64,000 bases of DNA from Hydrolagus affinis. Lineage: Eukaryota. Location of the stretch: the NCBI GenBank assembly GCA_012026655.1, contig JAAILG010001007.1:1-64000 (forward strand). The letters are read 5' to 3'. Below are positions 36,606 through 49,042 of the stretch, one piece after another. The first letter of the stretch is position 1, and the number at the start of each line of letters is the position of its first letter. The position numbers and the translations under genes were made by a program. A model generated the notes under the pieces. The model was given only the letters and a program-made list of their open reading frames with translations. It made no database searches and was not told the origin of the DNA.

Positions 36606-37521
36606 CTACATTTGGGTAAATACATCAAATTCCTGCCTTTGGTGTCCACAAATAAAATGTAGGCTCTCGTATGGAATCAAAACTATTTGACATCAGTAAG
36701 GATACATCTTTCTTTGATTTAAACATGCAGTTTTCACTTACTGCATCTAAAATCTATTTAATACTTTCACTGCTCATCAACAATAAAAGTGTAGCAGAAG
36801 ATACTCCCAAGTAAAAACCTACAGGTAAAATATAACGATTTACACTTCTAATCTACATTTTGGAATGGACCTCCTTCACCAATTCACCTTCACTGTTCCA
36901 TAAGCAGATCAATAAACATGGTAATTAATTTGCCAGATTTTTTCTCTCAATCAGTTGGTTCAGCACAACTTGGCAAAAAAAATTCTTGAGCGGTCAACCA
37001 TGTTTTAATAACACTGCGTTACAGCTGCATCAAAGCTAGAAACTTAGTTGCTGAATGATGAATAGCTTACAAAAGAACTAAAAGTCCTCTACAATTTCTC
37101 AAGACCACTTATACTTTCTGATCAGAATTGTCAAAAGAAAGATTGTAAACATTCTGTTGGTTCCCAGACACTATGTATACAGACAACAAAAAGGAATGCA
37201 ACATGAAGAAAAAGTCAACATTGGACAAAATACAATGATAATTGTTGAGAAACCAAAGAAGTCCTACGGTAGATAGATGGTGAGTAACAAACCAATCTTC
37301 TTCTCATTGCCCCCACTGAATGCTAATGACTAGTTCAGCATTTATGCCGTTTTTCTTGTAGAACTTGAATGAAACTTTAAATCATAAAAGGAAATTGTAA
37401 GCCTGGATAAGCTACAATAGTTCTGCTGTGATACAGACGTGTAAACATTCTTGTCTCTTCAAAGACTAATCAGGTCTCAACCACAAATGCTGATTCTGTG
37501 CTTGTGAAGCTCTAAGCTTAC

Positions 37522-37680
37522 TTGTTTTCTCCTTGCGAGCTCCTCTTCTTCCCTTCGTTTTCTCTCCTCCTCCCGCCTTCGCAGCAGCTCTTCTTGATGA
37601 CGGCAGATTTCCTCTTGTAGCTTTCTTTCCTCTTCCTCCCTTTTTGCCCTAAGTTCTGCCTCTCTCCTTTCTTGCTCCAG
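37522..37680 (-). CDS. GIGYF2: GIGYF2 exon
   Basis: LEQERREAELRAKREEEERK...EEELARRKQ; 159 nt. Confidence 0.95.
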
Positions 37681-38221
37681 CTAAACAAACAAATAAAAAA
37701 AACCATAGAAAACTTAAGGTGAAGATGAAACAGGAGCTTCTGGTGCTGTTTGACCACCTCCTGCCTAGTGCACCTTGTAGAAATAAAACCATCAAATAGC
37801 ACAAAGATAAACATTTCACCAGAATGAATGACCACAGTTATAGCATTGGAATAGGAATGCCGAAAGCATCGTACATGAACACGTGAAACAGTAAGGACAA
37901 ATGAATAGTTTAGAATACTTTTTTTTTAATTGAACTCTGGGTCTCATGCAGGACTTCAAGTCCACTGAGTAACCACTATGGCTAAGATATAAAATATTGT
38001 AATTAATTCCTTGCCTAAAAAGGAGCTGAGTGCTCCTGCTGCTCCATCAGGTTTGTTTTCCTGCCCAACTGCATTCTGACCCCTTTTCTTAGGAAATGCA
38101 TTCTGCAGCTGCAAACAAAATGAATTCCAGACTCCTGCAAACAAAATGAATTCCAGACTGACAGCTCGTTATTAAGCACTTTCTCTCTCTCTAAAAAAAG
38201 AGATATTTTTCGCTCATTTAC

Positions 38222-38322
38222 CTTGGCAGCTTTTCCTCTCTCCATCTGATGGATCTGGTCGACCGAGGCTCCCTGAGTGGCTGAGTCTACCGGTAAGTCC
38301 CAGACACTGCCACCGTCCCAAC
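38222..38322 (-). CDS. GIGYF2: GIGYF2 exon
   Basis: (G)WDGGSVWDLPVDSATQGASVDQIHQMERGKAAK; 101 nt. Confidence 0.93.
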
Positions 38323-39629
38323 CTAAGAGAGAAAAAGAAAAGACAAGTTAAATCATAGAATCACTGAATTTTTCAGGAGGGCACTTGTCCCATCGAGTCC
38401 CATTGAGTGCCGGCTCTTTGAAGAGCTATTCAAAATCAATCCCACTCCCCAGCTCTCTCCCCATAACCCCGCAAACCCGTCCTCCCCAAATAACCATCCA
38501 CCTCTCTTTTACATGAAAGATGGGAAAGCAAAAACTGTCCAGTTGCTAAACCAAAGAAGAACTAACAATTTATGTTTAAAACACGTTCCATAATGTCATT
38601 ATACAAGTAGGCAAGAAAAGCCAGGCTGACCAATACAAATCCTCTGAAATGTGCAGCCCTGCTGGCTGATCAAGTAGCACTGAGAATAGCCATGTCAGTC
38701 TGCATCCCAGGACAACTTGCCAGCCCTCTCACGTGAGACATTCTGGAAGCAGGGAGTAATGACAGAAAAGGGAAACCAGAGATAATAAGGCCCGGTTTAG
38801 CACAATGGATATTCCTTACTTACCATGGACACAGCGATAATACAGTCCTTTATATAAAAAAATAACCTTTGATGACTATACTAGAGGGATTCTTCATAGT
38901 TATTTACTATTTTTTAAGAGTTTTTTTAATTTAAGGAGCACATTCAAATAATTTGATCCGCAAATTTGGGAAAAAGATTATAGTACTCAAATTATAGTAC
39001 TTATGAAGATTTAACTTTTTAAAATAATTAAATAGATCACATTATTTATGGATTAAATAATCACATTATTTGTGATCATACCAATAAAGTTTAGATCTCA
39101 ATTAGTCGCACAGCTAGAAAGGGATGAGAAACAATATGATGCATTTTATAAAAGCATCAGTCAAGAGAAGGAGGGTTTTTTGTCTCAATTAGTTTCAGGG
39201 GTTCCAGCGTTATGGCAGTCAACATATCCAAACCACAGAATGAGACACTAGGAGAAAACTACAAGGCAGTAACATAATCAAGAAGTTATGATGTCCAAAG
39301 CTAATGTATATTATCTGAAATGATTGTTATTGTTGGAAAACAAATTCCTGGTAACTATCTGCTTCATTTGATAAGAATTCTGGTGTTGTAGAAATCATAT
39401 ACGCAACTAAGAGCCATGTTTTCTGTTAATGCAATACTAATCCTTTTCATCCTCCTTGTGTTTCCATAGAAGATCTTCATACTGTAAAATATTTCATCTA
39501 TTTTACATATCATTCCCACAAGTGCATATACATCTGGGGTTAAAGTGCCTTAGCCATTTGACAAAATAAGTACTTTGGCTAAAGCACGTTTATTTTGTAA
39601 GGTGGAAGAATCTGGTAAATGATATGTAC

Positions 39630-39730
39630 CTGAGGGCTGTGATGATGGAGTTTGCAACTCCCATATGGAGCTGTTGTCTGGCACAGCCATGGACCTGGTT
39701 ACAGGAGGTATCAGACTTTGTTCTGAGGAT
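39630..39730 (-). CDS. GIGYF2: GIGYF2 exon
   Basis: SSEQSLIPPVTRSMAVPDNSSIWELQTPSSQPS; 101 nt, phase 2/1. Not in the ORF track. Confidence 0.9.
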
Positions 39731-40496
39731 CTAAGTGCAGATAAAAAGTTTAAAATTATTATTTTGTAATAAGACTTAATTTAGACGTGTATTAAAATGT
39801 TTCCACCTGGTGCTCCATATGCATTTTATTAAAAAATGATTATTTGGGGAATTAACATGTTTTTAAACAGGTATTCAACATATAAGTTTATTGATAGCTA
39901 TACCCTCAGTCCAGTGATCACACTGACTTGATTTTTTTGGTACACAATATTAATGGCATCAGTTGTTAGTATTTTTGTGCAAAATTAATTTGGTACACGT
40001 ACTAAACGATAAGAGTTAATTGAGTATCTACTGGCAGTTACTGTATTTTAGTGCTAGCAAGAAAAAAAAGTAACCAGTTTTCCAAAGTATAATCTTTACA
40101 AACTGGTCCGGATTAGTCATGTTTCAACCATCTGTTTTGTGTAATCTCTATGATACACAAGTCTTATCTGTTATCCGTGTTCCTATTCTAGGGTTGTTCC
40201 ACCACTCGTCTGCCAGACATTAGTGATAGTGTAGGTTTACAAAGATAGTACACAACTACAGTGGAGCAGCCTTCATTGATTGAAATCCATAAAATCCTAG
40301 CCTGGCTTATAACGACTCATGTTTGCTGAGTGGTCCTTGGGATGTCCTCCCAATTTGAAAGGCGCTCTACAAATGTAATTTTGTTTGTTGTTGTTGCATG
40401 ACAGAGCCAGCCATCTAAAGTAATAATAGTAATCCTTGCATTTGATATAGTGCTTTTCACGTCTTCTAGATGTCTCCAAGCATTTCACAGAATATA

Positions 40497-41369
40497 CAGC
40501 TATCCCTCTCCAACCACGGGGGATACATTCCTGTAAACCTTCGCGGTTGGTAAAATGCAGGGCTCTATGGGAAACATGGAGATAGGGGGAGTACGTTTGC
40601 TTTTTCGCGGTTGGGAAATGCAGAGCCCTATGCGAAACATGGGGATAGTTNNNNNNNNNNNNNNNNNNNNNNNNNNNNNNNNNNNNNNNNNNNNNNNNNN
40701 NNNNNNNNNNNNNNNNNNNNNNNNNNNNNNNNNNNNNNNNNNNNNNNNNNTGGGGGAGGTGAGGGGTGGGGGTGACACGGAGGGCTGGGGGGGGCTGTCT
40801 GACTGATCTACAGAGAGAGAGACATGGAGGGTGGTGGGGGGGCGGTGGGTCTGACTGACTGATACAGACAGACTCAGAGAAGGGCGGGGGGGGGGGGGAA
40901 GAGAAGGTGAAATAGAGAGGTGAGAGAGAGAAGAGGGGGTGGGAGAGGGGAGTGGGTGTGGAGGGAAGAGAAGGTGAAATAGAGAGAAGGTGAGTCAGAG
41001 AGAGATACACTTACACACAGAGAAAGAGGATGCAGATCCTGGCAGCCAATGCTCCCAAACTTACTAGTTTGGCTGCAGAGAAGCGACAATAAATTCATGT
41101 TACAGGTATAGGGGAGTAAGTAGATAACACGAGTGCAGCTAGACCACGTGGGGAAGTAAAGATGCTGATAGGCGGGAAAAGCGGATGAATACACACAAAT
41201 ACGTGAATGAATGCGGTCCCTTGTTTGGAAGAGTGAAACTTGAAAATTGAAACCCGCGGATTTAAATCGTGGATGCGCGAAACGCGGTTTGCAAGGGTTA
41301 TCGCATTTAGCAAACCGTGGATGCATGAATTTCGTGGTTGACGAGGCCGCGGTTGGGGCGGGATAGCTG
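40497..41369. mobile_element. Tigger/pogo-like MITE family B (spans an assembly gap)
   Basis: ta|CAGCTATCCCTCTCCAACCACGG ... CCGCGGTTGGGGCGGGATAGCTG|ta: TIRs with TA target duplication. Confidence 0.8.
40651..40750. other. Assembly gap (100 N)
   Basis: Run of N. Confidence 1.
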
Positions 41370-42234
41370 TACTGTAAAGTGAAATGGTTGTATATTTGCG
41401 GGTGAAATGCGGCAGCCAATTGTGCACAGCAGTGTCCCACAAACAGCCGTGAATTGAAATGACCAATTAAAAAAATCTTTTTTTTTGTGGGGGGGTGGGG
41501 TGATTATTATCAGGCATGCGGAGTAAGGAAACTTGCACAAGGTTTCGTCCTGACCTGCCGGGAATTGAACCCAGGTCTCTAGCTTGCAAGGCAAGTGCTC
41601 TAACCACTGAGCTACAGGACTCCACACAAATGTGGTGTCATGGACGGAGCAACCTAAACCTTCTCGGCAATTGGAGAAGTGGAAAATGCCCAATGTGTGA
41701 AATCGATGGTAATTTAATAATAATAATCCTTTCATTTGATATAGAACTTTTCAAGTCTTCTAAACGGCTCAAAGCGCTTCACAGAATATACTGTAGTGAA
41801 TTGACCATATATTTGTGGGCGAAACGCAGCAGCCAATTGCACACAGCAGTGTCCCACAAACAGTCATGGATTGAAATGACCAATTAATTATTGTTTTTTT
41901 TGAGGGATTATGATTAGGCATGTGGAGTAAGGAAATTTGCCCAAGATTTCACCCTGACCTGACTCGTCACTCCTGATAACTTGTCACTAAAAAACTTTCT
42001 CTTAGAATGGTAAGTTACCAGGACTTTACTGTATCCTAGAATGACCTGGAAATCAGCCATTTTAGCTCAAGAACTAACTGACTGGCTGCACCAATGCATG
42101 ACGTTTGCATTGAACAAATAAATCCTGCATTTTAATTATCACCGTATAGTTATTTTTGCGTATTTCCGCAGAGCTTTCAAGAAAGGATTTTTTTTTGTCA
42201 GGCGGGTGTCTTATACACGCAGAAACCCACAATA

Positions 42235-44181
42235 TAGTAAAAGCTTGTTTATCTGTAACCCGATCAACTGTAACTTCTGTATAACGATTAGTTCTGAATG
42301 CTGTCGATAGTGGCACTTTGGGTTTTTCATCTTAAAGGGGCACTATTTTTTCTCTCCCTCTCTCCTTTTCCTCTCTCTCCCTCTTTTTGTTTTTCTTTCT
42401 CTCTCTCCCTCTCTTTCCTTCCTCTGTATCTCTCCCTCTCTCTTTCTATCTCTTCCCCTTCCCCTTTCTTTCTTTCCCTCTTTCTGACAAATACTACGTA
42501 TTGCCTATGTAGCCTGACTGTATCGTGGGTTTATACACTGTTTTGGTGGGGGGTGGGGTGGGAGAAGGAGAGAGAGGCAGGGAAAGAGAGAGTTGGGGGG
42601 GAAAGAGAGGGAAAGAACGTAAGAAGTAGGAGCAGGAGTAGGCCATTCGGCCATTCGAGCCTGCCCCACTATTCAATCATGGCTGATATTCCATTCTAAC
42701 TCCAGCTACCTACCTTATCCCCATACCCCTTAATCCCTTCATGAATGAGAAATCTATCTATCTCAGTCTTGAATATGTTCAAAGACTGAGTATCAACAAC
42801 TGTTTGGAGTAATGAATTCCATTCATTCACCCCCCTCTGAGTGAAGAAGTTTTTTCTCAACTCAATGTGAAAGGGCTGACCCCTAACTTTAAGACTGTGA
42901 CCCCTGGCTTTAGATTCTCCAACCAGGGGAAACAATCTCCCACTATCTACTTTGTCGTACCCCTTAATATTCTTATAAGTTTCTATAAGATCCCCTCTAA
43001 TTCTTCTATATTCCAGAGAATATAGGCTGAAATTAGTCAACCTATCATCATAACTCATCCCCCTCATTGCAGGAACTAACCTAGTAAACCTTTGCTGCAC
43101 TCCCTCCAAGGCAAGTACTGTACATCCTTATATAAGGAGACCAAAACTGCACACAGTATTTCAGGTACAGTCTCACCAGGGCCCTATACAGCTGCAGCAA
43201 GACTTCCTTACTCTTATACTCTAACCCTTTCATAATGAAAGCCAACACACCTTTAGCCTTCCCAATTGCCTGCTGCACCTGCATACTAACTTTCTGAGTT
43301 TGGTGTACAAGGACACCCAATTCCCTTTGGAAGTTAACACTTTCCAATCTCTCCCCCTCTAAAAAATAACCCTCTCTGCTGTTTTTGCCACCTCAGTGGA
43401 TGACTTTGCACTTCCCTACATTATACTTCATCTGCCACCTATCTGCCCACTCACCTAACCTATCTATATCACGCTGCATTTTTAAAAATGTCATCCTTGG
43501 TATTAATGCTTCTTCCTAGTTTCGTGTCATCAGCGAATTTAGATATATTCAGCTCAATGTCCTTATCTAGATCGTTGATGTAGATGGTAAATAGCTGAAG
43601 CCCAAGGACTGATCCTTGTGGATCACTAGTCACATCCCACCAATCTGAGAAGGACCCATTTATCCCTACTCTTTGTTTCCTACCCATTAACCATTCCCTA
43701 ATCCATGTTAATATGTTCATCAGTGAGGGGGAGAGTGGTGGGGGAGAGGAGGGAAGAGAGAGAGGGTGTGAGTTGATTAAGTTAGATGGAAAATGGGAGG
43801 AGTGGAGGGGGGGTTGGGTTTAGAGCCATTGTGATGACAGACTGATTGAGTGTGTGTGTGAAAGAGAGAGAGGAGGGAGAGAAAGAAAAAAAAAGGAAAA
43901 ATCGACATTATTCATTTAAGAGGAAAAAGAAACTCTTCCGGCCGCCATTGTAGAAGTTTGCTTTGTGATTGTGTTCTGTGTTTATAGGCTGTAATATGGA
44001 CTGTAATCCATACAATATTCTGTTATTATTTAGTCTATTATTAAAATGGTATGTTAATAATAGACTCATATAAAGTTTATTTTTGTGTTGGGTTTTTGGC
44101 AGCTTGCTGCCGAATATCTGGCATGCCGTTTAACCGGCAATGGCCAGGTCCCGAGGGTGCTGGATAAACGGGCGATTACTG
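42235..44181. mobile_element. Tigger-like MITE family A, interrupted by a CR1 LINE
   Basis: Ends tagtaaaagcttgtttatctg and tggataaacgggcgattactg are degenerate versions of the CAGTAAAAGCCCGTTTATCCG TIR. Confidence 0.65.
42619..43720 (-). mobile_element. CR1-type LINE, 5'-truncated and frameshifted RT ORF2 remnant
   Basis: Minus-strand ORF fragments PQGSVLG..FTIYINDLD..ISKFADDTKLG, LYRALVR..YCVQFWSP, RGDLIETYK, KNFFTQR. Confidence 0.9.
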
Positions 44182-44446
44182 AATGTAAAATACAAAACAA
44201 ATTCACTTTGATGACAAAATGAGGCATTAAATAGTGAACCTGAACCAGAGAAACTGCTGAAGTGTGATTTTTTTTGTAAATCAAATAGCAAAATAAAAAT
44301 TCTGAAGCATTTCGTCAAATCGGCTTGCATCAATGATGAACTCAATTAACTGTTTAGAAATCCACATTCTTTCCAGACTACCCTTTCACAACATTGTTAG
44401 AAGATATGGAGTAACCTCTCAAATTCCACCAATCTCACAATTTTAC

Positions 44447-44493
44447 CTTAATTTTAAAGCCTGGAACTGCTCTAGAATGACAGCCAGTTGTTG

Positions 44494-44527
<34 letters not shown>

Positions 44528-44587
44528 GATGTTATGGCCCCCACAGTTGCCTTTTGTTGGTGTGCTATGGCTTGTGTATACTGTTGC
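44447..44587 (-). CDS. GIGYF2: GIGYF2 exon with polyglutamine tract
   Basis: QQYTQAIAHQQKATVGAITS-Q13-LAVILEQFQALKL(R); 141 nt, phase 2/2. Confidence 0.92.
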
Positions 44588-44797
44588 CTTAAAGAGAAAA
44601 CAAATGTTGCTGTGGATTGGATAAACTGTACCTTCTATATGCACAATTACCCCTTCATGAAGATTCAACATTAAAAAATAATGAATAAGTCACAAATAAC
44701 TTGACGTGAGGTTTATTTTCAATAGTAATTGAAGAGATTTAGATTTCTCAACCCTATGACAACCATTCCCTCATCTAGAATGCATCGGAACATAGTA

Positions 44798-45509
44798 CAG
44801 TAGAAGCCCGTTTATCCGTGACTCGATGCACCGGCACTTCTGTACAACCAGCACGCCAAAAAACAAGTCCCCATTCGATAAACCGGAACTCATCCAGAAC
44901 AATAGCAGTGGAGCATTTGTAAATGCATAAATAATAACATAACAACAGAATATTATATTGGTACTTATTGTTAAAACTACTCTCTTGCGCTTTTTACCTT
45001 TGCTGATAAATGCTGCGCTTGAAGCCATGATGCTGCAGTTGAGGTTTATAGTCCAGAGATTCTTTTTAAAAAGAGGGTGAAAAAAAGAATGCAACTTTAA
45101 AGTCATACTTGCGGCAAGCCGATAACGCTAGCTGATAACCCACATTGTGCGTAGGTGCAGTATTTCGGTTTGCCGCTAGTAGTTTAGGGCTTCGGCTTGC
45201 AGCTAGTAGTCACACAACTTTAAAATCGCGCTGCCGTTTTTTACACCCGCTTGGCGTCCTCCATTTAAAAAAGTAACGCTGGACTGTAAACCTCAATCAG
45301 TAAATGTGAGAAGCGCAAGAGAGTAATTTTAACAATAAATACCAATATAATATTCTGTTATTATCTGTTATTACTAAATATTTTGTGTGTTAAAAGAACT
45401 TTAATTTTTTTGTAGTGGGTTTTCGGCCGCGGGCCGCCCAAATATCTGGCAGGTGCTTTAACCGGCATTGGCCAGGTCCCACGAGTGCCGGATAAACGGG
45501 CTTTTACTG
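44798..45509 (-). mobile_element. Tigger-like family A deletion derivative with a remnant transposase N-terminus
   Basis: ta|CAGTAGAAGCCCGTTTATCCG ... CGGATAAACGGGCTTTTACTG|ta. Minus strand reads MASSAAFISKGKKRKRVVLTI, similar to pogo/Tigger transposase starts. Confidence 0.8.
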
Positions 45510-45531
45510 TACTAAGTAAATCCAGTAAGTA

Positions 45532-45972
45532 CAGTAAAAGCCCGTTTATCCGTGACTCAATCAACTGGATTGCTCGACCCCCTCTTGGGGCAATTCCCCA
45601 TTCCAGCAATCGTGAGTTTGCTCACCTTGCTTATGCACATTGTGTACACACATTGCGCGCATGCGCAAAGTGAGCATCCTCACGATTGCTGGAATGGGGA
45701 ATGTGTACAATGTGTACAATAAGTGTACAATGTGCACTTATTAAACTTACGAACTTGAATGCTTTTTTACCGATCTTTTCATCGAGTGTGCTGGAATCTT
45801 TATTGGTAAGTATCCATATAATATTCTGTTACTATTTAGTGTATTATTAATATGATATGTTTTAAAATAAGTTAATTTTTTGTGTTGGGTTTTCGGCAAC
45901 TTGCCGTCCGATTATCTGGCACAGACAATTATTCGACTCCCCGGAGCATGCCGGATAAACGTACTTTTACTG
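45532..45972. mobile_element. Tigger-like family A MITE with internal hairpin
   Basis: ta|CAGTAAAAGCCCGTTTATCCG ... CGGATAAACGTACTTTTACTG|ta. Confidence 0.8.
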
Positions 45973-46180
45973 TACAGTAAGGAAAGGCTAGAACTAGTTT
46001 GGTAATAATTTTTTTTTCGGAATGTATCTATACTCGAGAGCTATTTTGTTATCTTACACTACGAGCTCGCTAGATTACAACAACTTGCTTTTGTATAGCG
46101 CCCTTCACCCGGGGTAATATCTGGACCTTTATTAAAAGCAACATAAACACACATAACCACTTTGCAGTTGTATGTACTAC

Positions 46181-46293
46181 CTGGTCATAAGCTGAGCCTG
46201 AAGAAACTGCTGGTACTGTATTTGCTGCATCTGGAACAAATTCAAAGCGGCTAGTTCCTGTTGCCTCTTCAGTCTTTCCTGATCCAGGTCACC
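46181..46293 (-). CDS. GIGYF2: GIGYF2 exon
   Basis: GDLDQERLKRQQELAALNLFQMQQIQYQQFLQAQLMT(R); 113 nt, phase 0/2. Confidence 0.9.
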
Positions 46294-46582
46294 CTGAAAA
46301 CAAGGTGCATTAAGTGAGATTCCTAATGATCACATCAGTTTCCAATGATGCATTTCTTTTGATTATATTTCGCTGTGCATACCCAAGTGACTGTGGTTGA
46401 ACTAATTTGAAATTTAATACAATTTGTTTTTTTTCTATGGGGCACAGAATTACAATTTTATACACACATAGTATAAGACACACGCATTATTTAATTTAAA
46501 TATGCAGTGAATGATACCTTAAAGTTACACATAATAATTCATTACAATTAATATTTTTCCTATTGTATGTCAGCCCGCTTAC

Positions 46583-46749
46583 CAACAATGGAGGTGGAGA
46601 AGATCCTGGTGCAAATGGGACTCTACCCCACATCTTTATAACTTCTCCCAATGGCTGAAAGCCTTCGTCACAACCTCGTTTTACCAGCAAAGACATTGTG
46701 AAGTAGCCTGCCTGGAACCACTCTGCCATCTCTTGGTTGGTGAAAGGCC
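46583..46749 (-). CDS. GIGYF2: GIGYF2 exon (GYF domain, C-terminal part)
   Basis: (G)PFTNQEMAEWFQAGYFTMSLLVKRGCDEGFQPLGEVIKMWGRVPFAPGSSPPPLL. Confidence 0.97.
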
Positions 46750-47600
46750 CTAGAGTTTAGACCATTAATGTATACATTATATATTATACACACACATTTC
46801 AAAAATGTTAAGTAATGCTCTGATCAGTACATCAACAAATGGTCTCCAACGCACACATCAAACAGAATGTTTATCATTTCAGCTCTTTAAAACTCATAGG
46901 ATTTAAGTCCATATCATACTCTTAAATTGTACAACTTCACCTGGCTTTCAAATAAGATTCGTGCTTATTTTTGTTTATGTCAAATCAAAACCTTGTTTCA
47001 AGGTGGACTAACAGCACACTACATTGGTAAATGGTGTATGGTGTGGATTCAGCTGAATAAACTTCAGCAATAACCCCAAAGCACATAGACTTTACCAAAC
47101 GTTTCCTCTTACCAACCTGTACTCAAAATGTTTAGAGGGATTAGTTTAACAGGATGTGATGATGCTATGATTAAGCTTCAGATAAGTGCTAAATTAATCA
47201 GAAAAGACTATTATTCCTATCTCGATGGTAATATTGGAGCAAGAATTACAAATTACATTTCCAATTGGCTATAGGATCTTAAGATTTTGAAGAAATCTCC
47301 TTATGGGGAGATCCTCTTCTTCCATTGTGACCTTGGTCTACATATTAAATATTACCCTCAAACTATTACATAACCATAACCCTACATTTGCTTAAGAATT
47401 AAGAATCTGAAGTATGGAAAAAGAATTCAGGATAACACCTTACCAGTAGTAACATTGAATATAATTCCAGTAGAAATCAGACTTAAAGCAGAAAGCTCAA
47501 AACATTGCTAGTGCTGCCCAATATCCAGAAAACAAAGCAAAGATTATGCAATAACTGGTATTAAAAAGCCTGGGAATTTTTGCGATTTCGATGTACATAC

Positions 47601-47757
47601 CTTGTATTTCTCCTTGTGGATCTTTATAAAACCACTTCATAGCAGCATCATGGGACAAGGGTAAAGAAGAGGATTTAGTCCGTTCCTGAATTTTTGTTGA
47701 CAGTCTTTCGTCATCTAAGGCATTATCCTGTAATGATGCGACCATCTTCTCAGCTTC
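47601..47757 (-). CDS. GIGYF2: GIGYF2 exon (GYF domain, N-terminal part)
   Basis: EAEKMVASLQDNALDDERL...KWFYKDPQGEIQ(G). Confidence 0.96.
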
Positions 47758-48254
47758 CTAAATGGGAGAGATTATTATTTAAGGATGATATCCTTTTTAG
47801 ATTCCTAAATATGAACGAATGCCTTTTCAGTTGTGGCACAACATGAACTTAGCCATGGCAAAAGCCATTTTCAAGCCACCTCCAAAAGTCCATAGGAAGA
47901 TTTGCATTTGCAACCATTCAATTTTACACTGTTTCAAATAAATTGTCACAGTACAAGCTTTAGGAAGATTCATAACTGTTTGGACGGCACAGCACAGGAT
48001 GATTATAAAGATTACAACACACTGAAATTCATTCATAACCAAGTTCTATAAATGCTCTTTGCTGGGGAGATTAAAACAAATAAATTCTGAAATGTTTTGG
48101 TGCCAAGTTGTGCATAATTCAAAATCATTCAAGTGTGAAATTTTGTGTTAATGTTTCTTTATAAACAAGTATTTTAAGCTTGTTAAAACGTGCATTTTGA
48201 AGCATATTACAGCATTACATCTATTTCAGTCAACATTTTTCTGTTATTGTATAC

Positions 48255-48430
48255 CTGCTCAAGGTGTTTCAGCCTTTCATCATCATCATTGTCTTGAGGT
48301 ATGCTCGCGTTTGTAACGACTGTGCTCACGGATGAGGGAGAAGGGGACGATTTAGAAATAGTAGCAATGGGAGCAGTAGAGACAACTGGAGATTTCTTTT
48401 GAGTAGGTGAAGAGGTTGAGGTATTCATCT
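48255..48430 (-). CDS. GIGYF2: GIGYF2 exon (S/T/P-rich linker)
   Basis: (E)MNTSTSSPTQKKSP...DNDDDERLKHLEQ; ends like recalled human DDEEGLKHLEQ; acceptor ttttcctatttag. Confidence 0.85.
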
Positions 48431-48532
48431 CTAAATAGGAAAAAAGCATAAAGAATGATACTCCCAACTTTAAAACCCAGAACATCATTTGTTTTACATG
48501 AAGCATCGACAATATTTTATAGCAAATCATAC

Positions 48533-48703
48533 CTTCACTAGCAGCAGGTCTACATTTCTCTGTAGCTTCAATTTTGTCAGTTTTGTCTGGCTTTCTTTCT
48601 TCTTTGTTGGGTGTGCTGGGAATCACGAATATGTGAGACTGTGAAGGAGGAGGGGATAAAGCTTTGGAAGGAACAGCTTTCGGTTCTTCAGTTTTAGCTG
48701 GTT
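48533..48703 (-). CDS. GIGYF2: GIGYF2 exon (linker)
   Basis: (E)PAKTEEPKAVPSKALSPPP...RPAASE; 171 nt, phase 1/1, donor gtatga. Confidence 0.8.
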
Positions 48704-48903
48704 CTGTAACACATAGATCAATTTTGCACAAAAATATTAATGCATCTTCAATTTTTTCACATGCTGATCACCTCATAGTTTCAAACAATAGCATCTCAAA
48801 ATTCAGCAAGTAATGTAGCAGTTTTTTTTAAACGTTTTCTCCTGTCCTATAGGTACACAAACTTACTCCTAGTTTACAATTCTGCCAAGTTCTGGCAACA
48901 AAC

Positions 48904-49042
48904 CTTCAAAGGACTCTTTCTTTATCGTCTTGTCAGGCTCCTTAGCTTCTTTCTCATTATCTGAATTGGAACGCTCATCACCATCCTCCACGGGTTTGAA
49001 GTCCAATTCTTGTTCTTCTGGAATAGGCTCCTTTGGAGCTTT
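48904..49042 (-). CDS. GIGYF2: GIGYF2 exon
   Basis: KAPKEPIPEEQELDFKPVEDGDERSNSDNEKEAKEPDKTIKKESFE; donor G|gtttgt. Confidence 0.88.

Larger units (their letters stand above)
40419..41623 (-). mobile_element. tRNA-derived SINE split by a DNA transposon
   Basis: SINE sequence ...cacagaatata stops at 40496 and resumes tactgtaaagtgaa at 41370. A further SINE copy lies at 41716-41960. Confidence 0.75.

Noticed and set aside
38110-38159. Short tandem duplications (tgcaaacaaaatgaattccagact x2; also near 18878-18910 and 38977-39001)
   Set aside because: Two copies only, no spacers, eukaryotic context: replication slippage, not CRISPR or a functional array.
44333-44674. Poly-Cys ORF on +
   Set aside because: Antisense reading of the GIGYF2 polyglutamine exon.
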